36,544 nt of DNA from Macrostomum lignano. Its lineage: Eukaryota. Below, one piece after another: positions 12,151 to 23,329 of this stretch. Where the stretch lies: assembly GCA_002269645.1 (NCBI GenBank), contig NIVC01003310.1, forward strand, positions 1 to 36,544. The letters run 5' to 3'. A program made the position numbers and the translations under genes. Every line of letters starts with the position of its first letter. Within the stretch, counting starts at the first letter, position 1. The notes beneath the pieces were generated by a model. That model made no database searches. It had not been told where the DNA came from and saw nothing but the letters and a program-made list of their open reading frames with translations.

Positions 12151-14939
12151 TGTCTGTCTTAATCTGTTGTCTCTCTCTAGCTCATCTCTTGTCTCTAAAA
12201 GTCTAGTACATTGAGCAATCGTAAGAGCAAACATCATTCCGTCAGGCGTCTGAACATGGCAGGTCGGCATGCGCGCACTTCCGTCACTCTCTCAGAATAT
12301 CCACGCCTATCGATATATAGAAACTCTCGCCGGTTCTGTTTTTAACCTGGCGTGACTTTGCGAATTTAAAAGCAGCCAGCCGGCAGTCGGGTCTGTCTCC
12401 GGCAGGGAGTGTCAAAGTCGCACGTGCATTTTGTTTTACAGCAGTCTAGAGGACTGACACACGCGTTAGGACGATTTCTCTGTCCAAAAACTGAGGGCCA
12501 CTTCAACCCAACGCTAGCAGCAGCCTTCCTACCAAATAATCACGCAAGAATTCTGCCAGAAGGAAAAATTAAATCACAGTTGATGAAAAGAGAATTAGAG
12601 TTAGGGGGCAGAGGCAAAGGGAAGTGCAGCAGGGAATTGGACTGGATTAGCGACTCCCCGCGCTGTCATGGCTAAGGATTATCAAGAGGATTAGCTTGGC
12701 CTGACCGCCAGTGGCCTCTGATTGAGACATCAAGCTCCCCTTCTCTGATCAAAAATGGGCTGGGCAATGCTGTTTCGCCGAATGAATGACATCAAAAGAA
12801 TTGGGCAAAAAGTATCGAAAAGCAGATTCTGATAAAATATGCCATACGATAATCATTTTCCCAAGTTGAATGGATTTTATAAAAATGTAAGTCAAACGGA
12901 AAATTCTATACTGCAAAAGTCCACGAAAAAAGAAGTATCTGGGCATCTAAGTCCAAATTGTCTTAACCCTTTCTGCCAAATATTTGAGGAGATAGGCAAG
13001 ATAGGCACTGCAGGAGTGGGGCAGAGGGGTCAGAGCTGCAGACAGCGCACCTCACTAAATTGAGATCCGTCTATGAGATATGAGAGTATAGTGGCTATAG
13101 TGCAGGAGCCAACGAAGACTGCCAGCCCCCCACAGACCCGCGCGCCACTTCGTCACTCTCTGATTGATGACTCGAACTCGAACTGACAGATAAAAATGGG
13201 GGAGGGCTCCCGAGTTTAGGGCTGCTCAGATAGCGGGGGGAAGGTCTGCAAAAGTCGCGGGCCAGGCCGCTCGAGCACTTCAAACTGGCATTGGAGAAAA
13301 TGCCATTCGCCACTTCATTCAGCGCTAAACTGTTTCGGTCTGCTCGGGGAGGCCTCTTCTGCTCTGAGGAGTGCAAGCATCAGAAGGCGATGAGTTTGCC
13401 TGTCTCTGGGGCTGGAGCACTGCATTCCCGGTCCTGTGTAGGGTAATGCGCAGCTCATCAATTCACAGAGCCAAGCTGCTCGAGGGTGTTCTCTTCGAAC
13501 CAAACTGAGCAGTAATAGATCTCCAGGTTCCGTTGACTGACCTTTTTTGGCAGATCAAGAAATTTAAGGGAGACGGGAGAAGTGGAAGAGCTGAAGGCGG
13601 TGCAGTGAGTCGAATGAGATCAGTTGAATAAATTCAATGGGGAATAGGAAACAGCTCACATGGGAAGGACGGAGAAGGGAAACACAGGCTACTCTTCCCT
13701 GAGGGCTTCGGAGGACTTGGCGTTGGGATCAATGCTGCGTTAAAATTTGCATTGAAAGTAAGGCAAAGAGAAGCTCTTAGCTGTTAAGTTTCAGGCTAAA
13801 GCGTTGTTACGACCGAGAAAGCCTGTTCCGGTTACAATCAGGCAAACCAATGAATGTTTACCGACTGCCACAGCAAACGAAATGTTAGAAGATCCAAACT
13901 CTTCACTGTTTGAATTATGATGCGTACGTCCGGGTTCTGAGAATCTGAGGAGCTCTGCAGGATCTAGCAAAGAGAAAAGGGCATGAATGTAACAAAATTT
14001 CTGGAGCGATGCCCCGGGGATTCTAAAATATCACAAAACCATATAAATATTCTGCTAACACTCCTAAACCTGTGACTGATGAGATGGTTCACCTCCTTTC
14101 TCAAAGAATCAATCAGGTTTCGTATTGAACTGAGGAACTGCGGCAACGAACACGCGAGAATTTTATCGCGCGGATGGACTCGCGGATCGCGATACGAGGT
14201 GCAAGAAACTTCGCGAATAACGGCAAAGAGAGAAAGAAGTGTGTTTTTTCTTCTTCTTTTAGTGCAGCCTGTTGCCGCCTGTGATTGATCGGCTGCAACG
14301 AGCTGTGGGGTGACAACGGCTTATTGATTTGCCCGGCTGCGGAGGCCGCGCGAGGTCTTGACGACGGCTCTCAGACACCCAGAGAGAGGAGCGACTTCGT
14401 TCGGCAACGGCTCTCAATCTGTTGCTCTCTTGGGTTCGTTAAGGGAGAAGTAGGAATTAGACAGGTCCTGGACTAAAACGGGGAGTTCGCGTAGGCGTTG
14501 GGAATTGAGTTCGGCTCTGAGAACGGAGCAGAGAGAGGGAGGATCGAAGCCGGAAAACTGGGTAGATTTTGTTTAGCTGAGGATGCTAATACAAGTGCAG
14601 GTTGTTGAAGCTTTGACGAGAGAAGTAGAGCAAAAGAGAGCATCAAAAGTTAGTAATGTTTTAACTAGTACTATATTATCTGGTATATCGTTTAGTCCCG
14701 TAGAAAAATATGCTAAAGATAATGTTTTTGAATAACTGAATTTAATAATGCATAGATAATCATAATTGCGTCACAGGGTCCGGCTGTGGAGCTAATAGCT
14801 CTTGAGTAATTCAAACAAAAAATTCAAAAAACGCAAGCTAACACGATAGCTGACAACTATAATTTTCAGTGATTTATTTCGGTTTTCGAGTCTGAGAGAC
14901 GATTTAAAACTCCAGGTCTGAACAAAATCTATAAGAAAA

Positions 14940-15970
14940 TCCACCTGCAGCTTGCAAGCCGATCAGCTAGCTGGCTTTAAAATACAAGTATCAGACTTGT
15001 ATATGCTGGCGGACCAAAGCACCGAAACTTAGACGCATCATAACAAAATTATTCAGTGCTTTTGATAGCAAAAAAGCAGAAAATTCGGGATAGGCTGTCT
15101 CGCCACATTTAATTACATGAACTTGACAAACTTGGAAGAGTCGAGACAATATTCCTAGTTTTGAAAATTACCGAAAAAAAACTGAAGCATGCTTGAGCCC
15201 TACTTGCACCTGATTAAAGTAGCTCCTTACGAGCTCCGACGGAAGCTGGTGTGGTGTCATGGTGAACTGACAGCTACACTCGCCAAGCGCAACAGCCAAG
15301 TTATAGAATCTTTGAGACCATCCAATTTTGTGGGGATCTGAAAGCTTTAAAAGCGGCCAAGGAGGCAGATCAGCAATTTCCACTAAAGTGCAGCTAGAAT
15401 CGGATTAGCCTATCAGAGATTTTCAGTACAGCAACAGCAACCTGAAGCTACTCTACATACTTCAGTGGCATGCAGTCGCGATTGTCAACTTGTCCAACTC
15501 TTCCTGGCATGTACTCGAGCCCCGTATCGCCGGTTGACCCTCATATGTTTCTGGCTGGGTTTCAGATGGAAAAGTGCATTCACCGTGTGCTCGGCGGGGA
15601 GGGCTGCGGGCACCTTGGCGCAGCACCTTCGGCAAGATCGTCAAAACAATCGGCACTATAAGGATTCTGCCCATTCCGCTGACTCCTGAACACATGCGTG
15701 TACAAGCGCGCCAACACCCGGGGAGCTTAGCGAGCTGATAGACTTTGTACCGTGTCTCAAAAGGTTGGTTTCAACGTGTTCAGAAGCGACTCTAATGCAC
15801 TTTAACAAAAGCGATCCTCTATCAAGAGTCTGCGCTATCTTGACCAACAAGTTTTTTTCGTCGAAGAGCAGAAATCCTACGACTTGATTCTCCAGCTCCA
15901 TGCTGCATGCACGTCGTCTGAAACCATCGGCATTTTTGAGATTTTAATGCTAGTTATTTATTGCTAAATG
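14940..15970 (+). pseudogene. Heavily decayed third paralog of the TRIM-like (coiled-coil/propeller) family
   Basis: 15231-15314 translates ELRRKLVWCHGELTATLAKRNSQVIESL (paralogs ELRDTLDKCQADLTAAITRHNDDLVTSL and DLREALDKCQKELTDKITKHHENIFYSM). 15448-15495 translates LLYILQWHAVAIVNLS (paralog LLYIAQPGAITVCDLS). Many stops, frameshifts and an internal deletion. Boundaries approximate. Confidence 0.7.
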
Positions 15971-16009
15971 AAAAATAAATTTTGGGAGCTCATATCAAAT
16001 TTTTTTTAA

Positions 16010-16297
16010 GGTGGAGGATGCATTGGTGGATGACTTGAAGGTCGGTGGTTCGTTTCCTGATCCCACCTGGGACAATTTGTGTCCTTAAGCAAGACACTTA
16101 ACTCTGCATTGCTTCAGTTCATCCAGCTGTAAAATGGGTGCCAGCATTAGCTGGGGCAATTGAGGGTGTGTTTGGTGACCCCCCAGTCCTTGGACTGAAC
16201 AGCCGTACGCAGCGTTCAGATGCGCCGCGCAATAGCTGCGGCTGAGCTGTCGGTTGCATATCTGGCCATTAGACAGGGTGTAATGAGTTATTATTAT
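16010..16297 (+). mobile_element. tRNA-derived SINE
   Basis: B-box GGTTCGTTTCC at 16047-16057, followed by GTGTCCTTAAGCAAGACACTTAAC...CCAGCTGTAAAATGGGT, a central-domain-like block seen in widespread metazoan SINE superfamilies. Ends in a (TTA)n tail at 16288-16297. The A-box is degenerate and no TSD was seen. Confidence 0.75.
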
Positions 16298-17029
16298 GGA
16301 AGATGCATATGGAAGATTCCATTATTATGGAAGATGCATTTTCGTTGTGACTTCAAAAATACACTACTAGTCAGTAGTTTTTTCGGATATAAATACCTCA
16401 TTTTCAGCTTTATTTGAAACGTTTTTAATTGAAAAGATATATATTTTATTGCTTATCTGTATACAAACAATCATCAAAATGATTGATTATTCAGTTCACT
16501 AAGCTGCATAAAATCGTCATGAGAGTTATAACAAGGTGTTTCTGCTTATTTATTTCAACAGAAGGTATATTCTTGATATGCTCCAAAAATCTAGAATGTT
16601 GTAATTTTCAGAACATTTTCAGTTTGTTTACGCACTTAGAAAGTAGAGATTTCTTAGAGAAGAGATACGACTAGAAATATGACTAAGGCATTGCTAGAAA
16701 AAACTGCCAAGAGAAGCAGTGCGTTAGTATAAGCTATGCCATTCATTTTTATTGCACATTTAAAGCCAGCCTTTGGGTGGTAGGGTACGATGGATGCAAT
16801 AGAAATGTACGGTACCTACTAGAGCTTTCAGTGAGCAACGCTCCACCCTTATAAGCGATAAAAGCTATTCTACTGCGACAGAGCGGGCAACTCAGACAAT
16901 TTTACGTAAACCTAGGAAAGAACGGAAACAGGCCGGCAACGGAAAAAGAAAACGAAAATAAACAAATTATTTTTTATTCCGTAGTTCTCTATCTTAAATT
17001 GTCCATTCAATTTGATACGCTCATATTCA

Positions 17030-18583
17030 ATGGAAGCTACAAACTGTTCCGTTCGGATGTGCCAGCAACCAGCGGAGGGTCCGTCCCCCAGCACATGCCA
17101 GCCTCTATGCAGTCAGCACCTTGAGGTGGATGTTCAACGGTATGAAAAATATGAAGCTTCCGTAAGGCAAAAAATCGAAGAATTAAATCGATTTAAGCCA
17201 GCAGTGCAAAAGTTGCAGCAGAGGCTTTCTTCTGACTTGCAACTTCTTCAAGATAATTTTGAAGACCTCCGCGAGGCGCTAGACAAGTGTCAAAAGGAGC
17301 TTACTGATAAGATTACTAAGCATCATGAGAACATTTTTTATTCGATGACTGCTTTCTCCGAGATGGAAGAATTAAAAAATGACCTTTCCAAGGCCAAGAA
17401 ATCGAAGGACATGAGGCAAGCCTTTCTGATCAGCAACGATATCGAAAGATGCTTGGAAACTATCGAAGTGGACTCAAAGCTGATTCACTGGGACGAATCA
17501 GCGGAACAGGTACGGATGGTTGCCTACCCGGACGTGAACGCTCGGATAAAAAGCATTGCAAATGCCATCGAAATTCAGCAAGAAATCACGCTGCAGATTC
17601 TGGATAACCTCGACGTCTTAAGCGCAGCGAACTCAACTGAGTCAAGTGACAATCTGCCGCTACCAGAGCTGACAGTCGACAGCTGTTTTAAAGCTCGCAG
17701 CAATGCAGCTTGCGTGGCGGTGTGCGATAATACCAACGGCTATGCACTTGACAAGTCTGGCAGAATTGTCAGAGGTCAGGCAATCGATGGGGTCCGTGAG
17801 CTGCCTGAACCGACGGTCATTTTCGTTGACATCAATACCACTAAAGTTGCCGTGGCTTTGGATGAAAGCAAACATCGCGCATTGTTTGACGCAGTATTGA
17901 TCTCAGCCGATAATGAGCTTTTTGGCCAATCCTCACTATCACTCGATAACAGTTCTTCAATCGTCGATATTCAATGGGATAGTCGTCGACAACTGCTATT
18001 TGTAGCTCAGAGAAATTTAGTAACTGCTACAGACCTATGCGGAGTCGCGCTTTGGACAGTGAACTACCCTAAAATTTGCTGTTTAACTGGGAACTCGGAC
18101 AAGCTGTTTGTGGCGGTAAAATCCGCATCGGTGTTCGCCATTTCCAAGGACTCTGGAGAAGAGCAAAGTCAGCTGCAGCTTGATTTCCTGGATAATTTGA
18201 CCCAGTCATCGCTAATTAATGTTCACGATTTTATGCTGACGGTCTATCATGACTCCAAGCTTTATAAGGTGTGCATCATTACGGAGATGCTGATCGAGGA
18301 ACAGCCCGAAGACCGGCACTGTGCATATGGCTGTGACACGTCTAATTTGAGGGAAAACGATTCCGCAATACTTTCTTTGGCATCGTTTGGCGAATTCACG
18401 TGGGGATTGCGGATTCCAATTTTTGGCGAGGCTCCGCTTGTCCAACATCTCCAAGCTGCTGACTGGGAGACCTCAATGAAGAACTTGCGGCTTGTGCTGG
18501 CAGAGAGTAGCAAGCATCGGAAAGTGTTCTTTAGTTCGGGTGGCGCCCGTGGTCCGCAATGCTACACTCTTCGAGTGAAGTGA
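17030..18583 (+). CDS. RING-less TRIM-like protein, 517 aa: atypical B-box-like Cys/His motif, coiled coil, probable beta-propeller C-terminus; single exon
   Basis: Long open frame with first ATG at 17030. N-terminal C-x4-C-x11-C-x3-C-x2-H motif, then about 150 aa of helical heptad-rich sequence, then short beta-strand repeats (IVDIQWDSRRQLLFVAQ, KICCLTGNSDKLFVAV). Colinear paralog at 23330. Domain labels are inferred. Confidence 0.8.
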   Translation: MEATNCSVRMCQQPAEGPSPSTCQPLCSQHLEVDVQRYEKYEASVRQKIEELNRFKPAVQKLQQRLSSDLQLLQDNFEDLREALDKCQKELTDKITKHHENIFYSMTAFSEMEELKNDLSKAKKSKDMRQAFLISNDIERCLETIEVDSKLIHWDESAEQVRMVAYPDVNARIKSIANAIEIQQEITLQILDNLDVLSAANSTESSDNLPLPELTVDSCFKARSNAACVAVCDNTNGYALDKSGRIVRGQAIDGVRELPEPTVIFVDINTTKVAVALDESKHRALFDAVLISADNELFGQSSLSLDNSSSIVDIQWDSRRQLLFVAQRNLVTATDLCGVALWTVNYPKICCLTGNSDKLFVAVKSASVFAISKDSGEEQSQLQLDFLDNLTQSSLINVHDFMLTVYHDSKLYKVCIITEMLIEEQPEDRHCAYGCDTSNLRENDSAILSLASFGEFTWGLRIPIFGEAPLVQHLQAADWETSMKNLRLVLAESSKHRKVFFSSGGARGPQCYTLRVK

Positions 18584-19498
18584 AGTTTTTTACCTGTACA
18601 AGCAGTGAAAAGTTTACTTCTTTATTTCGATAAATCCTCGAAAAATCGAATAAACAAAATTTTTAACAAACTTCAGAACTGCTCAAATTCCATTTTTTTC
18701 TACCAATGCTTCTGGCTGATCAAATTCAATATTTATCCTGCTCCCTGCTGCACATTAAAGACAATTTAACAACTCCCCACGTAGATGCTGTTTTTATCTC
18801 TCATTTAACGCTCTTCTAAACTGATAGATCCGTTTTAGATAAGAATAAATTTTTATAATCAATTTCTATGACATGTACTCGTATTTTATGTACTTTAAAT
18901 GCAAGACGCCTCATCTGAAGACATCTTGATTATTCCCTATTAAAACTTTCTATTTTACGAAGCGTATGATCTAAATTTATAACTAGAGTTATTAAAACAT
19001 TATTTTCAGTTTAATTGGTTTACTTTTGAGCCTCGTTTCAAACAGTTTTTAAATAAAATCTCGCTTCTTAGAAAACTGCGTTTACTGTCTACGGATTCTT
19101 TGGGGTGTTCTTGTTGGTATAGACTGTTAACTCTCGCCTCAGAACTTGCTTGCAGCTCAAGATTTCTTCAGATGCAGTGTCTTCCACTTAACTGTGAAAG
19201 AGGCTGTACATTCATAGGGGCTACTTGGAGAGCATTCATGAGCACAGGATAGAGTTGCGGTTGAGATGTACTTCTAAGTACAAACATAGTCATGGGCAGC
19301 ACTCTGTTCTGAGCTCAGTTTTATTGTACTGCAGTTGGAAAATTCATCCCTTCATTGCCGTACAGTAGTGTAGTTCAGAGTACGCGAATATAAGTGATCT
19401 GTCTCGGAGCCAGCTCCAGGTACAATAGGTCTAGCTCTGTTCTCACATAGAGCCTCTCTTAGTCCAAGCTGTGCTCTGTATCTCTCTAACAAACACAC

Positions 19499-20055
19499 AT
19501 GGCTACCAGTAATCCGAGCATTGCCAATGACAGAGCTGCGATGCAGACACTGGCTCACCTGATCTGCCGTGCCAACTTCGGCGAGGTAAGGCGTCTGGCA
19601 ACGCATCAGCTGGCGACGGCAACTGATGCTGCTCACCAGACCGTCCTCATGCTGGTGGCCGATGCTCCTGATACGTCCGTAATGACTGAGAAGTGCATCA
19701 TGTACTTATTTGAGCTGGGTGCAGATCCTCTTGCTTCTGACGATGCGGGCGACACGGCTGCTCACCTGACTTCCAGGAGGGACCACCTGCGGCTGCTGAC
19801 GCTGCTGCCGTTCAATGCGAAGTGGCTGCCGAACCACTCCGGCGCGACTCCGCTGATGGAGGCGGCGCGGACTGGCAGCTGGAGATGCGCCAAGCACCTG
19901 CTGCATCTGCTGCGACAGCCAATTTTTAATGAGTTCGAAAAATTTGGCAACTCAAAAAGATTGCAACTGCTCGAAATGAAGGATCGAAGGGGTCAGACGG
20001 CTATGGACCTGGCAAGATTTAACGGCCACTCAGAGCTGGCTAGAGACATTAATCG
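19499..20055 (+). CDS. Ankyrin-repeat gene, exon 1
   Basis: Ankyrin motifs GADPLASDDAGDTAAHL, SGATPLMEAARTG and DRRGQTAMDLARFNGH. The ORF-track stop TGA overlaps a donor, CG|GTGAGA, at 20055/20056 (phase 2). Confidence 0.85.
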
Positions 20056-20126
20056 GTGAGAAAGATTTTCTATACCATCTAGGGGTGTTTCATAGAGCAC
20101 CTGTCAGAGCTATCCATGGTCCTGAT

Positions 20127-20410
20127 CATACATGCGCAACAGTCGGCCGAGTCGGCCGACCGATTTGGCGGCCAACCAAGGGAAGTCGCAAAAATGCCCA
20201 CCAGAATAAATTAAGTAGTACTAAGTAGATGACGAGACATTTTGCCTTAATAAGACAGTTAGAGTTACTCCTGCCGTTTACCCAAAGTTACGTTAATTTT
20301 GCTTTAGGTATTTTTTTACATGTAAGTCGCACTTTTTGGCCAAAAACTGTCGCATTTTTGTTAAAACTAAGTCGCACGGCCGACTGAATTTCGGAGGTTG
20401 CGCATTTATG
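20127..20410. mobile_element. hAT-type MITE (284 bp) in intron 1 of the ankyrin gene
   Basis: TIR CATACATGCGCAAC (20127-20140) versus CATAAATGCGCAAC (reverse complement of 20397-20410), 13/14 match. Perfect 8-bp TSD GTCCTGAT at 20119-20126 and 20411-20418. Subterminal GTCGGCCG and GTCGCA motifs. Confidence 0.92.
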
Positions 20411-20459
20411 GTCCTGATGGAGGTCGATCAGATAACGTTGGAATTTTAATCTAACTACG

Positions 20460-21056
20460 CGTCATCCTAAGCCATAGAAATCCTAAGTTAACTTAAGCTA
20501 TATATATATTCTAAGTCAACCTAAGCCATAGACATCCTGAGTCATCCTAAGCCATAGACATCCTAAAAATTCATTATAATCCATAGACATCCTAAGCCAT
20601 AGACATCCTAAGCCATAGACATCCTAAGCAATAGACATCCTAAAAAGTCATTTTAAGCCATAGACATCCTAAAAAAGTCATTTTAAGCCATAGACATCCT
20701 AAAAAAGTCATTTTAAGCCATAGACATCCTAAAAAAGTCATTTTAAGCCATAGACATCCTAAAAAAGTCATTTTAAGCCATAGACATCCTAAAAAAGTCA
20801 TTTTAAGCCATAGACATCCTAAAAAAGTCATTTTAAGCCATAGACATCCTAAAAAAGTCATTTTAAGCCATAGACATCCTAAAAAAGTCATGCTAAGCAA
20901 TAGACATTCTAAAAAAAGTTATTCTAAGCCACAGGCACCCTAAAAAAGTCATCCTAAGCCATTGACATCCTAAAAAGGTCATCCTAAGCCATAGACATCC
21001 TAATTCATCCTAAGCCATAGACATCCTAAGTCATCCTAAGCCATAGACAACCTAAG
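20460..21056. repeat. Intronic minisatellite with 16-bp, 30-bp and ~26-bp related units
   Basis: AAGCCATAGACATCCT (16 bp) core. An expanded unit AAAAAAGTCATTTTAAGCCATAGACATCCT (30 bp) is repeated exactly over about 20671-20880. Confidence 0.96.
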
Positions 21057-21298
21057 TTTGTAACATGTCGCTAGATTCACAAATCAGCCTAAAAACGTAA
21101 TCACGTATAGCGTTCGTAGCTTATTAACTTAATTCGTTTGTCACTATTCACAAGTAACTTCTAAAATTTACATGAATAAGACCGCCAGATATGGTGAGCG
21201 TTCTCTAAAGTAGACGGTTCACATCCGTATGGTTGTATTAATATATTAATTTATAAAGAGAATCGCCTTTATTGAATCAAATATTTTTTTGATTGCAG

Positions 21299-21350
21299 TG
21301 AGATACGACTCGTACTGAAAGCTGGCTTCATCTCCGGCCTAACATTTCAG
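21299..21350 (+). CDS. Ankyrin-repeat gene, 52-nt micro-exon 2
   Basis: Acceptor ttttttgattgcAG (21298) and donor CAG|GTGAGG (21351). One nt plus 17 codons, EIRLVLKAGFISGLTFQ, with no stop. It converts the phase 2 of exon 1 to the phase 0 of exon 3. Confidence 0.75.
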
Positions 21351-21449
21351 GTGAGGGAAATATTAAATAGCCCTGTTTCTGTCAATTAGCCTCAGTCCCG
21401 CTGAAAATGAGCAGTATTTCTTGCTTCTCTAAATGCCATCTCAATTTAG

Positions 21450-21939
21450 GAAAAGTCAAATCGAAAAGCTTTAAAACGCTTGGCCGATGCTGGCAACTCG
21501 TTGGGCCTGCAGAAAGCGGCGACCCGCGGCAGCTGCGACCTACCAGAGAAATCCGGTGCAACTGGGTTAATGTGGGCAGCTTTCAACAGCAAATGCTGCG
21601 ATGAAGAATTGTGGCAGCAGTTGCTGCGGCTGTCTGATCCAACTTGCTCGAACATGTGGTCTCGCAGTTGTCTGCACTATGCGGCCCAGGGCGGCAATTC
21701 TGCCGCTGCATCCGCCCTGCTGGCTGCTGGAGCCTCCCCTAACGCCAGAGATCGCTTCGGATCTACGCCACTCATGGTCGCGGCTAGAGAGGCTCCTGCT
21801 GCTAACGCCGCTGCAGTTTGTCGGGTTCTCCTGGACGCAGGGTCAGACTGGAGTTTGCGAGATGGATGGGGCCGGACTGCTCTGGACTCGGCCAGGGAGA
21901 AGGGAAGAAGCGAACTTGTCGAGCTGCTGCTTAGGTTCG
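21450..21939 (+). CDS. Ankyrin-repeat gene, exon 3 (alternatively reads through to the stop at 22052)
   Basis: Acceptor ctcaatttAG at 21449, where the in-frame TAG is the acceptor itself. Ankyrins SGATGLMWAA, WSRSCLHYAAQGGN, GASPNARDRFGSTPLMVAA and DGWGRTALDSA. Candidate donor G|GTCAGA at 21939/21940. Confidence 0.85.
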
Positions 21940-22099
21940 GTCAGAAATTACTAAACACTGAAAATTCTACATGCAAACGAGATATGAATTCGTACTGGTT
22001 TTTAGCAAAAATAAAAGCAACTTTGCTAAAAAGGAATTGGGATTTTTCATGACATCAGCAAGAAAGCTCGTGAAAACTCTATAATACTTCATTTTGCAG

Positions 22100-22144
22100 A
22101 TACGAGGGAAAGAAGTTTTTCGATGAGACGACCTCTGAGCTACC
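22100..22144 (+). CDS. Ankyrin-repeat gene, candidate 45-nt exon 4
   Basis: Acceptor cattttgcAG (22099) and donor C|GTGAGT (22145). Phase 1 to phase 1; open frame DTRERSFSMRRPLSY. Confidence 0.5.
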
Positions 22145-22210
22145 GTGAGTCAGCTGATCGAAATTTACTGTCCTTACGAGCTACACTAATTAGTTAATAT
22201 TATTTTGCAG

Positions 22211-22350
22211 AGGGTTGTGGGCACCCTGGAGCAACAACTTTGACACCTGAGCACATATATACAAGCACTCCAATACTTGCATATACTGGCACGCACTCAT
22301 ACTCATACAAACGCTCACAAAAGGGTGCACAGGCGGCCCTGATTACCTGA
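22211..22350 (+). CDS. Ankyrin-repeat gene, candidate terminal exon 5
   Basis: Acceptor tattttgcAG (22210) with CTAAT upstream. The frame is open to TGA at 22348-22350. The five-exon model totals 1284 nt, or 427 aa. Confidence 0.45.
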
Positions 22351-23329
22351 TTCTCTAATCGTCAGGGATTATACACTAATTCTGTGATTGGCCCTCATGG
22401 GGTGTGCAGTGGGGTCGATTTTTCTAGAATCGGGAGAGCCAGACGCGCTACGAATACACCTACCCTTGCCCTGGTAACTATGAGCGTGCAGATGGAATCT
22501 GTTCTTCTTTTTGTATTGTTGCAGACCCGAATAACAACAACTAGCTATCTCTGGAGCGATGGAATCTGACACGACAGCATCGTCATGCTCCTGAGAGTTT
22601 TAGTCAAATTTATAGAGCTTTTGGATGGTCTTACCTTCGAGAGAGTTCATTCCCAGATGACAGTGCGACATCTGAAGTGGAAAAGTAAGAGGTTAAACTA
22701 TAGCCCTTACTTGCGAAACACTAATGTACTGGTTGCAATTCAGTATACGTTTCTAAAACTTCTTTTTTATAAATTTTTTATATGCAAACCCAATTATACA
22801 TGTATCAATGTACCAATATATCATACTGGGTACTGGGTAGTAAACCTCGTACTTTTAGCACCCCTAATCTCCAGTTTAAGTGCTATCATATGATTTAAAA
22901 CTGTGCAAAGGTTATTTATGTACCTTGATTTATGAGAGAATACAGCTAGCTCTCTGCACTTGCCTGCATTTTATATCCACTGAACTGTCGCAAAAGCTAA
23001 ATTAAGGCGTCATGCATTAATTGGAATTTTATCGCGCCCGCCCAACCCGTGCACTTTTACCATTTTTAGCCCCTGGGGTAGAATACGTTTTAAGTCAAGA
23101 AAAAAAAAGGAAACCTTTATTGACTACATGTAGTTATAGCTGTAACTGTTTTCGAATGGTTTCGTGTGAGAAAGATTTATTTCGTAACACTTTGGTTCGT
23201 TAAATCGGTATTTTTAATTGCACAGTCTCCCTAGGGCACAAAATGGCTTGAAATTTCGACAAATAAACGGGTATAAAGTAAACCGAACACAGACTAGAAC
23301 AGGTTAGGTTTCAAGTTAATGAGGGCCAA

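Noticed and set aside
13095-13503. Minus-strand ORFs with low-complexity Ser/Pro content
   Set aside because: No motif or consistent splice structure; cannot be supported without transcript data.
15462-15901. Minus-strand ORFs with a vague ankyrin-like look
   Set aside because: They are better explained as the antisense of the decayed + strand TRIM-like paralog.
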